Shown here one piece after another: positions 29,394 to 38,375 of a DNA stretch of 64,000 nt. The notes below the pieces were generated by a model. It was given only the letters and a program-made list of their open reading frames with translations, was not told the origin of the DNA and ran no database searches. The DNA comes from Flavobacteriales bacterium (GTDB lineage: Bacteria; Bacteroidota; Bacteroidia; Flavobacteriales_D; Crocinitomicaceae). Position numbers and translations under genes: made by a program. The stretch's first letter is position 1. Every line of letters begins with the position of its first letter. The stretch lies in NCBI GenBank assembly GCA_947454525.1, contig CANGJM010000009.1, forward strand, positions 37,342 to 101,341. The letters are read 5' to 3'.

Positions 29394-31682
29394 ATGAGAA
29401 CAGTTCTATTCCTTCTTTTTATTCTTCCAACGATTCTTCGTGCGCAAAACAGCAACTTGATTCCTTTTGTAAATCCATTAATTGGAACGAAAAACGCTGG
29501 ACACACCTATCCTGGAGCAACAGTGCCATTTGGATCCGTTCAGTTGAGTCCAGATACGGACACCATTCCGATGTTAGTGAATGGACAATATCAAAAAGAT
29601 GTCTATCGTTATTGTGCAGGATATCAATACGATGACTCAAGTATTGTTGGGTTTTCGCATACCCATTTTAGTGGAACAGGTCATTCTGATTTAGGCGACA
29701 TCCTTCTCATGCCAAATTCAGGTTCGATTCAATGGAATCCCGGAACGGCAGGTCAGACGGATAAAGGATATCGATCGCGCTTTTCACATCAGAACGAGCA
29801 AGCGACTGCTGGACTTTACCGCGTTTTTTTAGATGAGCCTAAGGTTCAAGTGGAATTAACGAGCACAGAGCGCGTTGGAATTCATCATTATCAATTTCAA
29901 GAGGGAAAAGACAATCATGTTTTGATGGATTTGACCCATGGAATCTACAATTATGCGGACAAAAATGTTTGGTGTTTTATCCGAATGGAAAACGATACGT
30001 TAATAACAGGTTATCGTCAAACAAACGGTTGGGCTCGCTCACGAACGGTGTATTTTGCGATTTCCTTTTCAAAACCCATCACCGAATATGGATTTAAAAA
30101 CGTAAAACCAACTGCCTACAATGGATTTTGGAGAAAGTTTGATGTCGAACATAATTTCCCTGAAGCGGCAGGAGAAGGATTAAAAGCCATTTTTAAATTT
30201 GGAAGTGAAACGGATGTACAGATAAAAGTTGCGTTGTCCTCCGTGGATATCGACGGTGCATTGTTAAACTTAAAAACAGAATGTCCACATTGGAATTTCA
30301 ATTCCTACGTGGAAGATGCCCAAGAAAAATGGAATGAGAAATTGAACATCATTCAAGCAGACTTTTTAAGTCAGGATGAAAAAGTAACGTTTTACACTTC
30401 GCTATACCATACATTTTTAGGACCAACCTTGTACATGGATGTTGATCACCGTTACAAAGGATTGGACCAACGCATTCATCAAGCCAATGGATTTGTGAAT
30501 TATACGACTTTTTCTCTGTGGGACACCTATCGTGCTCAACATCCTTTCTTGAATTTGATTCAACCAAAAGTCAATGCGGACATGATTCAGTCCATGTTGG
30601 CACATTACGACCAAAGTGTACACCACATGCTTCCCGTTTGGTCACATTACGCAAATGAAAACTGGTGTATGATCGGCTATCACAGTGTCTCCGTTCTTGC
30701 TGATGCCATGATCAAAAGCAATCCTGGATTTGATTATTCTCGTGCATTAAAAGCAGCTGTAACAACATCCAACCAACGATTTTATGAAGGATTAGGCGCT
30801 TATATAGATTTTCAATTCGTTCCGGAAAACTTAAGCGGGAATTCAGTTTCCAAGACCTTGGAATACGCCTATGACGATTGGTGTATTGCTCAAATGGCTA
30901 AAAAATTGGGTCAAGATTCCTTGCATGCGATTTACCAAAAACGTGCTGCTTTTTACAAGAACCAATTCGATTCCTCGATTGGATTTATGCGTCCAAGAAT
31001 GTCAGATGGAAGTTTCAAAAAGGAATTTGATGTCCTAAGTACACACGGACAAGGATTCATCGAAGGAAATGCCTGGAATTATTCCTTGTATGTTCCGCAG
31101 GATCCAAAGAGCTTGATGGAATTTATGGGTGGAGAAAAACGATTCATCGAGCATTTAGATTCCTTGTTTACCATGTCACTTCCGGATAAATACTTTGCAG
31201 AGACAGAAGACATCATGCGCGATGGAATCATTGGGAATTATGTCCATGGAAACGAACCCTCGCATCATGTCCCTTACTTGTACAATTACACGAGTCAAGC
31301 ATGGAAGACACAAGCGACGACACGGATGATTTTACCGTTGCAATATAAAGCAAAACCAGATGGACTAGGAGGAAACGACGACTGTGGACAAATGAGCGCG
31401 TGGTATATTTTTACGGCTTTGGGATTTTATCCCGTTGCTCCAGGTTCTACGGATTATGCGCTTACGAGTACAAGTGTTAAGTCCGCGACCATTCATTTGT
31501 CCGAAGGAAAACAATTTAATATGGTGGTTAAAAACCAAGCAAACAACAACGTTTACATTCAGTCAATCAGCTTAAACGGAATTCCTTTATTGAAGCCCTT
31601 TATTACTCACGAGCAAATTGTCAGTGGAGGGATGTTAGAAGTGAAAATGGGTCCTAAACCGAACAAAAAATTATTTCATTGA
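29394..31682 (+). CDS. GH92-family alpha-mannosidase
   Basis: Signal peptide, then PLIGTKNAGHTYPGATVPFGSVQLSPDT and later GNEPSHHVPYLY and GNDDCGQMSAWY, all characteristic of GH92. Confidence 0.85.
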   Translation: MRTVLFLLFILPTILRAQNSNLIPFVNPLIGTKNAGHTYPGATVPFGSVQLSPDTDTIPMLVNGQYQKDVYRYCAGYQYDDSSIVGFSHTHFSGTGHSDLGDILLMPNSGSIQWNPGTAGQTDKGYRSRFSHQNEQATAGLYRVFLDEPKVQVELTSTERVGIHHYQFQEGKDNHVLMDLTHGIYNYADKNVWCFIRMENDTLITGYRQTNGWARSRTVYFAISFSKPITEYGFKNVKPTAYNGFWRKFDVEHNFPEAAGEGLKAIFKFGSETDVQIKVALSSVDIDGALLNLKTECPHWNFNSYVEDAQEKWNEKLNIIQADFLSQDEKVTFYTSLYHTFLGPTLYMDVDHRYKGLDQRIHQANGFVNYTTFSLWDTYRAQHPFLNLIQPKVNADMIQSMLAHYDQSVHHMLPVWSHYANENWCMIGYHSVSVLADAMIKSNPGFDYSRALKAAVTTSNQRFYEGLGAYIDFQFVPENLSGNSVSKTLEYAYDDWCIAQMAKKLGQDSLHAIYQKRAAFYKNQFDSSIGFMRPRMSDGSFKKEFDVLSTHGQGFIEGNAWNYSLYVPQDPKSLMEFMGGEKRFIEHLDSLFTMSLPDKYFAETEDIMRDGIIGNYVHGNEPSHHVPYLYNYTSQAWKTQATTRMILPLQYKAKPDGLGGNDDCGQMSAWYIFTALGFYPVAPGSTDYALTSTSVKSATIHLSEGKQFNMVVKNQANNNVYIQSISLNGIPLLKPFITHEQIVSGGMLEVKMGPKPNKKLFH

Positions 31683-31731
31683 GTTTCGATCTTTTGGGTG
31701 AACATTCTTCGCATTCTCATGTTTTAAAGGC

Positions 31732-32190
31732 ATGTATCAATTAAAGACCACACAGTTTATTCCCGCAACCATGACGGAATGTTGGGATTATTTTTCATCC
31801 CCAGGGAATTTGAAAGAAATTACTCCTCCCGGAATGGGATTCAACATCAAAACCGATCTTCCAGCGAAGATGTACGAAGGAATGATGATTGAATATAAAG
31901 TCACTCCTCTGTTGGGAATTCCAATGACTTGGATTACAGAGATTAAGGCAGTGAAAGAAGGACAATTCTTCATCGATGAGCAACGCAAAGGACCCTATGC
32001 GATTTGGCACCATGAACATCACTTTAAAGAAGTGGATGGAGGCGTAGAAATGACAGACATCGTTAGTTATGAAGTTCCATTTGGGATTTTAGGAAAACTT
32101 GTTCACCCGATTATTGTCAAACCAAAATTGGATCAAATCTTCAAGTACAGAACTAAAAAAGTAGATGAGATTTTTCCAAATAAAAAGTAA
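31732..32190 (+). CDS. SRPBCC (START/cyclase-dehydrase-like) family protein
   Basis: 152 aa. The pattern CWDYFSSPGNLKEITP...WHHEHHF is typical of this superfamily. Confidence 0.5.
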   Translation: MYQLKTTQFIPATMTECWDYFSSPGNLKEITPPGMGFNIKTDLPAKMYEGMMIEYKVTPLLGIPMTWITEIKAVKEGQFFIDEQRKGPYAIWHHEHHFKEVDGGVEMTDIVSYEVPFGILGKLVHPIIVKPKLDQIFKYRTKKVDEIFPNKK

Positions 32191-32224
32191 GCTGAAGGCT
32201 TAAACAATTTCGTAACTTTATCTT

Positions 32225-33139
32225 ATGGAAAATACCGAAATAATAAAGGTTCAACACCTCGCGAAAAACTTCGGGAGTTTTCAAGCGGTGAAGGATGTAT
32301 CGTTTACGGTCAACAAAGGAGATGTATTTGGATTTCTAGGTCCAAATGGGGCAGGGAAGAGCACCACGATTCGCTGTATGCTGTCGCTCATCAAGCCAGA
32401 CAACGGACAAATTCAGTTGTTCGGAAAAGACCTAAAAAATCACCGAAATGAAATTCTATCTAAAGTTGGAAGCATCATCGAGAAGCCGGACTTCTACAGA
32501 TACTTATCCGCGGAAAAGAATTTAGCCATTTTCGCACGCATTTCTGGGAAAGATGTTTCCAAACGTGAAATAGCTGAAATGTTAGATTTTGTTGGTTTAA
32601 ATGGACGAAACCGAGATAAAGTTGGTGGATTCTCCCATGGAATGAAGCAGCGTTTAGGAATTGCACAGACCTTGTTACATCAACCTGATTTAATTGTTTT
32701 AGATGAGCCCACAACCGGATTAGATCCACAAGGAATCGTTGAAATTCGAAATTTAATTTTGCGCTTGAAATCAGAGCAAAATAAAACAGTCATCCTTTCC
32801 TCTCACCAGTTATCCGAAATCGAGTTGATTTCAAATCGAATGGTCATCATCAATAAGGGTCAGTCGATTATCGAAGGAGATGTAAAGGAATTGTTGAATG
32901 CGCAAGAAATGGTTGTTCAGCTCGAGGTCAATGACATGGAAAAAACCTTGAATGTCCTAAACCTACGTTTTGGCAGCGCAAGCTTCAAACAAATCAATGA
33001 GCGCATCATCGAAGTAAACATCGAAAAACAACTTGTTCCAAGTTTGAATCAAACGTTGGTTCAAGAAGGCGTGGAAGTTCATGCCATGGAGCCGAAACGA
33101 AAACTCGAAGATTTTTTCATGAAAATAATCCAATCCTAA
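32225..33139 (+). CDS. ABC transporter ATP-binding protein (ABC-2 type)
   Basis: Walker A GPNGAGKST, signature SHGMKQRL and Walker B LIVLDEPTTGLD. Confidence 0.9.
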   Translation: MENTEIIKVQHLAKNFGSFQAVKDVSFTVNKGDVFGFLGPNGAGKSTTIRCMLSLIKPDNGQIQLFGKDLKNHRNEILSKVGSIIEKPDFYRYLSAEKNLAIFARISGKDVSKREIAEMLDFVGLNGRNRDKVGGFSHGMKQRLGIAQTLLHQPDLIVLDEPTTGLDPQGIVEIRNLILRLKSEQNKTVILSSHQLSEIELISNRMVIINKGQSIIEGDVKELLNAQEMVVQLEVNDMEKTLNVLNLRFGSASFKQINERIIEVNIEKQLVPSLNQTLVQEGVEVHAMEPKRKLEDFFMKIIQS

Positions 33140-33981
33140 TGTTACTGAAAAATACCTATAACGAGTTTATTAAAATTCTCGCAAAACCAAGAAGTTACCT
33201 GGGAATTGGTGCATTGACACTTCTTGTATTATTGATTCTATTTGCCATGAAGGCGGATGGAAAATCATTTATTTCCTTTGTTACGGCATCCTTTGAACAA
33301 ACATTGTCATTTAACGGGAATATTTTGAATGGAAATCTGATTGCGTTTATCATACTACAAATGCTGATTGTCCATATTCCACTTTTGGTTTCCTTGGTGA
33401 CTGGTGATTTGATTTCAGGAGAAGCAGCGATGGGAACGATTCGAATGATGGCTACAAAACCCATCTCTCGAACGCAAATTGTTCTCTCCAAGTTCATTGC
33501 GGGAGCAGTATATACCTTAATCCTTACCTTGTGGCTTGGATTCCTTGCGTTAATCGTTGGGAAATGGATGTTTGGCACCGGAGATTTAATTGTGCTGAAT
33601 AGTGATGGATTAGTGATACTTAAGGAACAAGATATCTTATGGAGGTATGGCCTAAGTTTCGGCGTGGCTTATTTAGCTTTATTAACGATTTCGACGTTGT
33701 CCATTTGTTTATCTGCGTTTGCGGAAAATTCCATTGGTCCAATCGTGAGTACCATGTCCATCATCATTCTCTTTACGATTATTGGCACCTTGGATGTTTC
33801 GGTCTTTGACTCCATCAAACCCTTCCTTTTTACTACACACATGGCTTCTTGGCGTTCGTTTTTTGAAGATCCAGTTCCATGGACAACCATTCGGAATTCT
33901 GTTTCAATTCTCGTAATTCACAACATTGTTCTCGTTTTGATCGCAGTGTACAAATTCAATAAAAAAGACATCACTTCCTAA
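33139..33981 (+). CDS. ABC-2 family transporter permease
   Basis: The start overlaps the ATPase stop (TAATG). The protein has about 6 hydrophobic helices. 280 aa. Confidence 0.7.
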   Translation: MLLKNTYNEFIKILAKPRSYLGIGALTLLVLLILFAMKADGKSFISFVTASFEQTLSFNGNILNGNLIAFIILQMLIVHIPLLVSLVTGDLISGEAAMGTIRMMATKPISRTQIVLSKFIAGAVYTLILTLWLGFLALIVGKWMFGTGDLIVLNSDGLVILKEQDILWRYGLSFGVAYLALLTISTLSICLSAFAENSIGPIVSTMSIIILFTIIGTLDVSVFDSIKPFLFTTHMASWRSFFEDPVPWTTIRNSVSILVIHNIVLVLIAVYKFNKKDITS

Positions 33982-34676
33982 TGAAAGCAATTCTATCCTT
34001 TTTATTTTTCGTTCATTCGTTTGCCGTTTTTTCTCAAGAAGTTGATGCGGATGTAGTGATTCAACAAGTTGTTCAAAAACTAAATACTGTCAAAGATTAT
34101 TCAGTTGAAGCAAACATCAAAACGAATATTCCATTGATTAAAATCATGCCGGTAAACGCCTCCATTTATTTTAAACAGAAGGATAAATTCAAAGTGGTTT
34201 CCAAAGGAATTGCTATTTTACCGAAGCAAGGATTTACAGATGTAAACACCTTTCTCATGAACAAAGGTTCGTACATGGCGGTGTCAAGCGGGACAAAAAC
34301 CATTGGTGAAATCAAAACGAACTTAATCACGGTCATTCCAACAGGGGAGACCAGCGAGATCATTCTTGCGAAACTGTGGATAGATACCAAAAGAGATGTG
34401 ATCCTTCGTTCACAGGTAACAACACGCTCGAGTGGAACCGTTATTGTTGATTACACCTATGGAGCAGAAGTTCAATTTGGACTTCCAAATCAATTAACCT
34501 TTACGATTGATGTTAAGAAGTTTAAAATGCCCAAGAGTGTGGCCGCAGATTTAAACAAAACGGATCAACAGAAGAAAAAGACGGCAGATAAAGACCAAAA
34601 AGGAACGATTGTCATCAAACTAACGAATTACAAAGTGAATAAAGGCATCAGTGATGCCGTATTCAAAGAAAAGTAA
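33981..34676 (+). CDS. Secreted LolA-like/outer-membrane lipoprotein-sorting-like protein
   Basis: Start coupled to the permease stop (TAATG). Signal peptide MKAILSFLFFVHSFAVFSQ. Beta-rich, 231 aa. The family assignment is tentative. Confidence 0.35.
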   Translation: MKAILSFLFFVHSFAVFSQEVDADVVIQQVVQKLNTVKDYSVEANIKTNIPLIKIMPVNASIYFKQKDKFKVVSKGIAILPKQGFTDVNTFLMNKGSYMAVSSGTKTIGEIKTNLITVIPTGETSEIILAKLWIDTKRDVILRSQVTTRSSGTVIVDYTYGAEVQFGLPNQLTFTIDVKKFKMPKSVAADLNKTDQQKKKTADKDQKGTIVIKLTNYKVNKGISDAVFKEK

Positions 34677-34677
34677 C

Positions 34678-34968
34678 TTACTTTTTGAATGGTTTGATTT
34701 CCTTTAATTCTGATTCTTTCAGTTCTTGCTCATGCTCAAGATCATAATCATCTTGCAACATGAGCCAGAATTTTCCGGTGGTTCCGAAATATTTAGCAAA
34801 ACGCAGTGCGGTATCAGCTGTGATGCGGCGGTTTCCTTTTAGTATTTCACTAATGCGTGTTTGAGGTAAGAAGGTTTCCTTCGCCAAACGATAGGGAGTG
34901 ATTTCTAGCGGAACTAAAAACTCTTCGAGTAATACTTCTCCGGGATGAATGTTTTTTAACTTTTCCAT
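34678..34968 (-). CDS. higA: HigA-family antitoxin (XRE-type HTH)
   Basis: IHPGEVLLEEFLVPLEITPYRLAKETFLPQTRISEILKGNRRITADTALRFAKYFGTTGKFWLMLQDDYDL matches the HigA antidote-protein pattern almost motif for motif. Confidence 0.85.
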   Translation of the reverse strand: MEKLKNIHPGEVLLEEFLVPLEITPYRLAKETFLPQTRISEILKGNRRITADTALRFAKYFGTTGKFWLMLQDDYDLEHEQELKESELKEIKPFKK

Positions 34969-34979
34969 GACTTTTTCTG

Positions 34980-35261
34980 TTAATGATAATCTACTAGTTG
35001 TACATCAAGCGCGTCATTTTCATACCAGATAAAAATGATACGCCACTGTTGGTTCACACGGATGCTATGATAGGAGGAAAGTGTGCCACGCAATTTCTCT
35101 AAACGATTTGCGGGCGGAACCCTTAAATCATTTAATTTTTGAGATGCATGAAGCATTTTTAACTTTCGACGTGCTATTTGTTGAATTTCGGGAGGATACT
35201 TTTTGGATACTTTACCCAAATAGATTTTCTCTGTTTTTTTATTCCCAAATAGCTTTATCAT
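34980..35261 (-). CDS. higB: HigB toxin (RelE/ParE superfamily, plasmid maintenance system killer)
   Basis: KLKMLHASQKLNDLRVPPANRLEKLRGTLSSYHSIRVNQQWRIIFIW is the HigB signature. It lies immediately upstream of higA. Start taken at the ATG at 35261 (MIKLFGNKK). Confidence 0.8.
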   Translation of the reverse strand: MIKLFGNKKTEKIYLGKVSKKYPPEIQQIARRKLKMLHASQKLNDLRVPPANRLEKLRGTLSSYHSIRVNQQWRIIFIWYENDALDVQLVDYH

Positions 35262-35335
35262 AGTAACGTTTTGTGTTACTAACGTCAAAAGTAAGTAATT
35301 ATTTCAAGGAAATTGAAAAAAAAAACAAAAAAAAA

Positions 35336-35686
35336 TTAAATTGCTTCGTCGTCGACTTGCAGCATGTGCAACAAACGATGGATGATCGGGGAAAAGAATA
35401 CAGCTGTGCACGTAAGAAAAGCAACACCGCTATAAAGTGCGTAAAAGCTAGAGAATAATTTTGCGGCATCTGTATCTAACGAAATGACGGGTCCCATTCC
35501 TGTAAGGATCATACATGCCATGTGAAAGGCATCTACCCAACTAGGAGCGCCAAAGTATTTATAACCAATTGTTCCAATTCCAACAGAAAAAACAATAAGC
35601 GCTAAAGCAAAAAGCATATAGCGAAATACACGTTTAACGAAGACATTGACGTCGGCTACTTTTTGTTTGTTATGCTCGAATTTCAT
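35336..35686 (-). CDS. Small 2-TM ion-channel-like membrane protein with a degenerate selectivity filter
   Basis: The layout is TM1 (YMLFALALIVFSVGIGTIGY), a pore-helix-like segment WVDAFHMACMILTGMGPV, then TM2. This resembles the Ion_trans_2 architecture, but with TGMGP in place of TVGYG. Confidence 0.35.
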   Translation of the reverse strand: MKFEHNKQKVADVNVFVKRVFRYMLFALALIVFSVGIGTIGYKYFGAPSWVDAFHMACMILTGMGPVISLDTDAAKLFSSFYALYSGVAFLTCTAVFFSPIIHRLLHMLQVDDEAI

Positions 35687-35695
35687 TTTGTGTTG

Positions 35696-37081
35696 TTATA
35701 TACACGCTTTAATTTCTTCGATGATGCGTTTTGCCAATTGATCGGCCGCTTGTTCATCCTTGCTTTCAGAATAAATTCGAATGATTGGTTCCGTATTACT
35801 CTTTCTCAAATGTACCCATTCTTTGGCAATGTAAATTTTTACACCGTCAATGGTGTCCACTTCTTCGTGTGCGTATTTCGCTGCCATATCCGCAAGGACT
35901 TTGTCCACGTTAATGTCAGGAGTCAGTTCGATTTTATTTTTGGAAATCGTGTACTTTGGATAGCTGTCGCGAAGTGCCGAAACACTTTTTTTCTCATGAG
36001 CTAAGTGACTCAAGAACAAAGCGATTCCAACGAGTGAATCACGACCATAATGCAATTCAGGATAAATGATTCCACCGTTTCCTTCACCACCGATTACAGC
36101 GTTTACCTCTTTCATTTTGTTGACCACATTCACTTCACCAACGGCTGCAGCTGCGTATGTTAATCCGCGTGCTTCCGTGATGTCGCGCAAGGCTCTGGTT
36201 GAAGATAAATTTGACACGGTTGATCCAGGCGTGTGTTTCAATACATAATCCGCGCAAGCAACCAAGGTATATTCTTCACCGAACATCGATCCATCTTCAC
36301 AAACCAAAGCTAAACGATCTACGTCTGGATCCACGGTGATTCCAAAGTCTGCATTCACTTCAAGAATTTTCGCTGATAAATCTGTTAAATGTTCAGGAAG
36401 TGGTTCAGGATTGTGTGGGAAATGTCCGGTTGGCTCACAGTACATTTCTGTGATTTTCGTCACGCCTAATGCACGTAACATAGCTGGGACAAAGATTCCA
36501 CCGGTTGAATTCACTGCATCTACGACAATGTTAAAGTCCGCAGCAGCAATTGCCGCTTTGTCCACCAATGGTAAAGCCAAAATCGCATCAATGTGTTTTT
36601 GTAAATAGGAATCATCGTTGCGAACGGTACCTAAATCATCCACTTCAGCGAAGATAAAGCGTTCTTGTTCGGCAATACTCAATACTTCCTCTCCATCTTT
36701 CCCGCTGATGAATTCACCTTTTTCGTTCAACAACTTCAAGGCGTTCCATTGTTTTGGATTGTGGCTTGCTGTTAAAATGATTCCTCCTTGTGCGTTTTCT
36801 AATGGGACAGCAACTTCTACGGTTGGTGTGGTGGAAAGTCCAAGGTTGATGACGTCAATCCCAAGTCCAAGTAGGGTAGAGACCACCAAGTCAGAAATCA
36901 TCGCACCGGAAATGCGTGCATCGCGTCCAATAACCACACGGATTTTTTCTCCTGGATTTCGTTCCATTAACCAGGAACCATAAGCTGCAGCAAATTTCAC
37001 TGCGTCAATTGGAGTTAAACCATTGTCCACAGTTCCACCGATGGTTCCACGGATACCAGATATTGATTTTATTAAGGTCAT
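35696..37081 (-). CDS. glmM: Phosphoglucosamine mutase
   Basis: SGIRGTIGG, active-site TASHNP, and GVTVDPDVDR-type metal loop (GITVDPDVDRLAL). 461 aa. Confidence 0.85.
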   Translation of the reverse strand: MTLIKSISGIRGTIGGTVDNGLTPIDAVKFAAAYGSWLMERNPGEKIRVVIGRDARISGAMISDLVVSTLLGLGIDVINLGLSTTPTVEVAVPLENAQGGIILTASHNPKQWNALKLLNEKGEFISGKDGEEVLSIAEQERFIFAEVDDLGTVRNDDSYLQKHIDAILALPLVDKAAIAAADFNIVVDAVNSTGGIFVPAMLRALGVTKITEMYCEPTGHFPHNPEPLPEHLTDLSAKILEVNADFGITVDPDVDRLALVCEDGSMFGEEYTLVACADYVLKHTPGSTVSNLSSTRALRDITEARGLTYAAAAVGEVNVVNKMKEVNAVIGGEGNGGIIYPELHYGRDSLVGIALFLSHLAHEKKSVSALRDSYPKYTISKNKIELTPDINVDKVLADMAAKYAHEEVDTIDGVKIYIAKEWVHLRKSNTEPIIRIYSESKDEQAADQLAKRIIEEIKACI

Positions 37082-37091
37082 GTGCTAAAGA

Positions 37092-37583
37092 TTAAGCGAA
37101 TTTCTTTTTATTGGAAATCATCTGAAGGCAAGCTGCGGCTGCTTCAATTCCTTTGTTTCCATGTTTACCACCTGCACGATCAATGGATTGTTGTTCGTGG
37201 TTATCTGTGAGCAAACAAAATGCGACTGGTTTATTGGTTTTCAACATCACATCCATGATGCCTTGTGTCGTTCCAGAGCAAACGAAGTCGAAGTGACGTG
37301 TTTCTCCTTGAATCACCACACCTATGGCAATTGCGCCATCAATATCACCACGTTCGCAGAAATATTGTGCTCCCAAGGGTAATTCAAATGCTCCGGGAAC
37401 ACGTTGAATGTGAATGTTTGATTCTACCACGCCATTTTCAAGTAAGGTTGCGATTGCTCCTTCCATCAAGCGATTGGTAATGTGATCGTTCCAATCAGAA
37501 ACAACAATGCCGATTTGGAAATCGGCACCATTGATTATATTTTCAGTTGAATACGAAGATAGATTTTTGTTGGCTGTCGCCAT
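37092..37583 (-). CDS. ribH: 6,7-dimethyl-8-ribityllumazine synthase
   Basis: 163 aa. IGIVVSDWNDHITNRLMEGA...VPGAFELP...GVVIQGETRHFDFV are family motifs. Confidence 0.9.
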   Translation of the reverse strand: MATANKNLSSYSTENIINGADFQIGIVVSDWNDHITNRLMEGAIATLLENGVVESNIHIQRVPGAFELPLGAQYFCERGDIDGAIAIGVVIQGETRHFDFVCSGTTQGIMDVMLKTNKPVAFCLLTDNHEQQSIDRAGGKHGNKGIEAAAACLQMISNKKKFA

Positions 37584-37591
37584 CGTCTTTC

Positions 37592-38224
37592 TTATTTAGT
37601 GCTCACACGAGCGATGTATTTTTCAATTCCGTTTTGAGAAGCATACGTAGGATAATCATCAAGGATTCGTGTGTAGAATCCTGTTGCATCTTCGTTCTTT
37701 TTCAATTTCTCCGCAACCAATCCTGCTTTAAACAAATACATTGGTGTTGTTAACTCGTTGTCTTGAGCATCTGCAGCTTCTGTGTAGAATGATAATGCTT
37801 TGTCGTATTTTCTCATGTCAGAATAACAATCGCCTTGTAATCCAATAGAGAATACACTGATATATGAATCATCCAAAGAAACTCCTTCTAGATTTTCCAA
37901 AGCTTTACGGTATTCACCTTTTTTCATGTATTGTGTAGCAAGAAGGTACTGTCCGATTTCTCCTCCAGTTTTTCCGTCATTGCTGTTTACAAAAGGAACT
38001 AAAACCTTGATTGCTTGATCCGTTGAATCTTTAGAAATGTAGTTCATTGCTACCCACCATCCATCATTTGATTTCTCATTTGCTGGAACCCAAATCATTT
38101 GTCGGTAAACGAAAAACAATAATACTGCTGTCAATAATCCACCAACAATATATGTTCCTAATTTGAATTTCTTATCGTTGTTGAATTTAGCTTTTAATTC
38201 TTCTAAACTTAAATTTTCAATCAT
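37592..38224 (-). CDS. Membrane-anchored tetratricopeptide-repeat protein (YfgM-like)
   Basis: N-terminal TM helix (LGTYIVGGLLTAVLLFFVY) followed by TPR-like helices (YMKKGEYRKALENLE, MRKYDKALSFYTEA). Confidence 0.5.
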   Translation of the reverse strand: MIENLSLEELKAKFNNDKKFKLGTYIVGGLLTAVLLFFVYRQMIWVPANEKSNDGWWVAMNYISKDSTDQAIKVLVPFVNSNDGKTGGEIGQYLLATQYMKKGEYRKALENLEGVSLDDSYISVFSIGLQGDCYSDMRKYDKALSFYTEAADAQDNELTTPMYLFKAGLVAEKLKKNEDATGFYTRILDDYPTYASQNGIEKYIARVSTK

Positions 38225-38359
38225 TATCTGGTTATTTAGTTCGCAAAGATAATTTTTTTTGGCTAATTCTTGAAATTCTGAATGAAAAGTCTCAATGATT
38301 TCGGATAATTCTATTGTTCCACACTAATTTATTTATGGTCTTGATCAAACTGCTTTTTG

Positions 38360-38367
38360 TATTTTTG
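38360..38367 (+). promoter_or_regulatory. Candidate -7 promoter box TATTTTTG upstream of the TonB-dependent receptor
   Basis: Matches the Bacteroidota TAnnTTTG consensus; it ends 9 nt before the ATG at 38376. Confidence 0.25.
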
Positions 38368-38375
38368 CACTACTT

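Noticed and set aside
34665-34690. Inverted repeat AAAAGTAA C TTACTTTT at the convergent LolA-like and higA stops, as a possible terminator.
   Set aside because: The arms are only 8 bp, are AT-rich, and are formed by the two stop-codon contexts themselves. This is most likely coincidental.
37584-37591. An FMN riboswitch, which might be expected upstream of ribH.
   Set aside because: Only 8 nt separate ribH from the upstream TPR gene, so there is no room for a riboswitch here.
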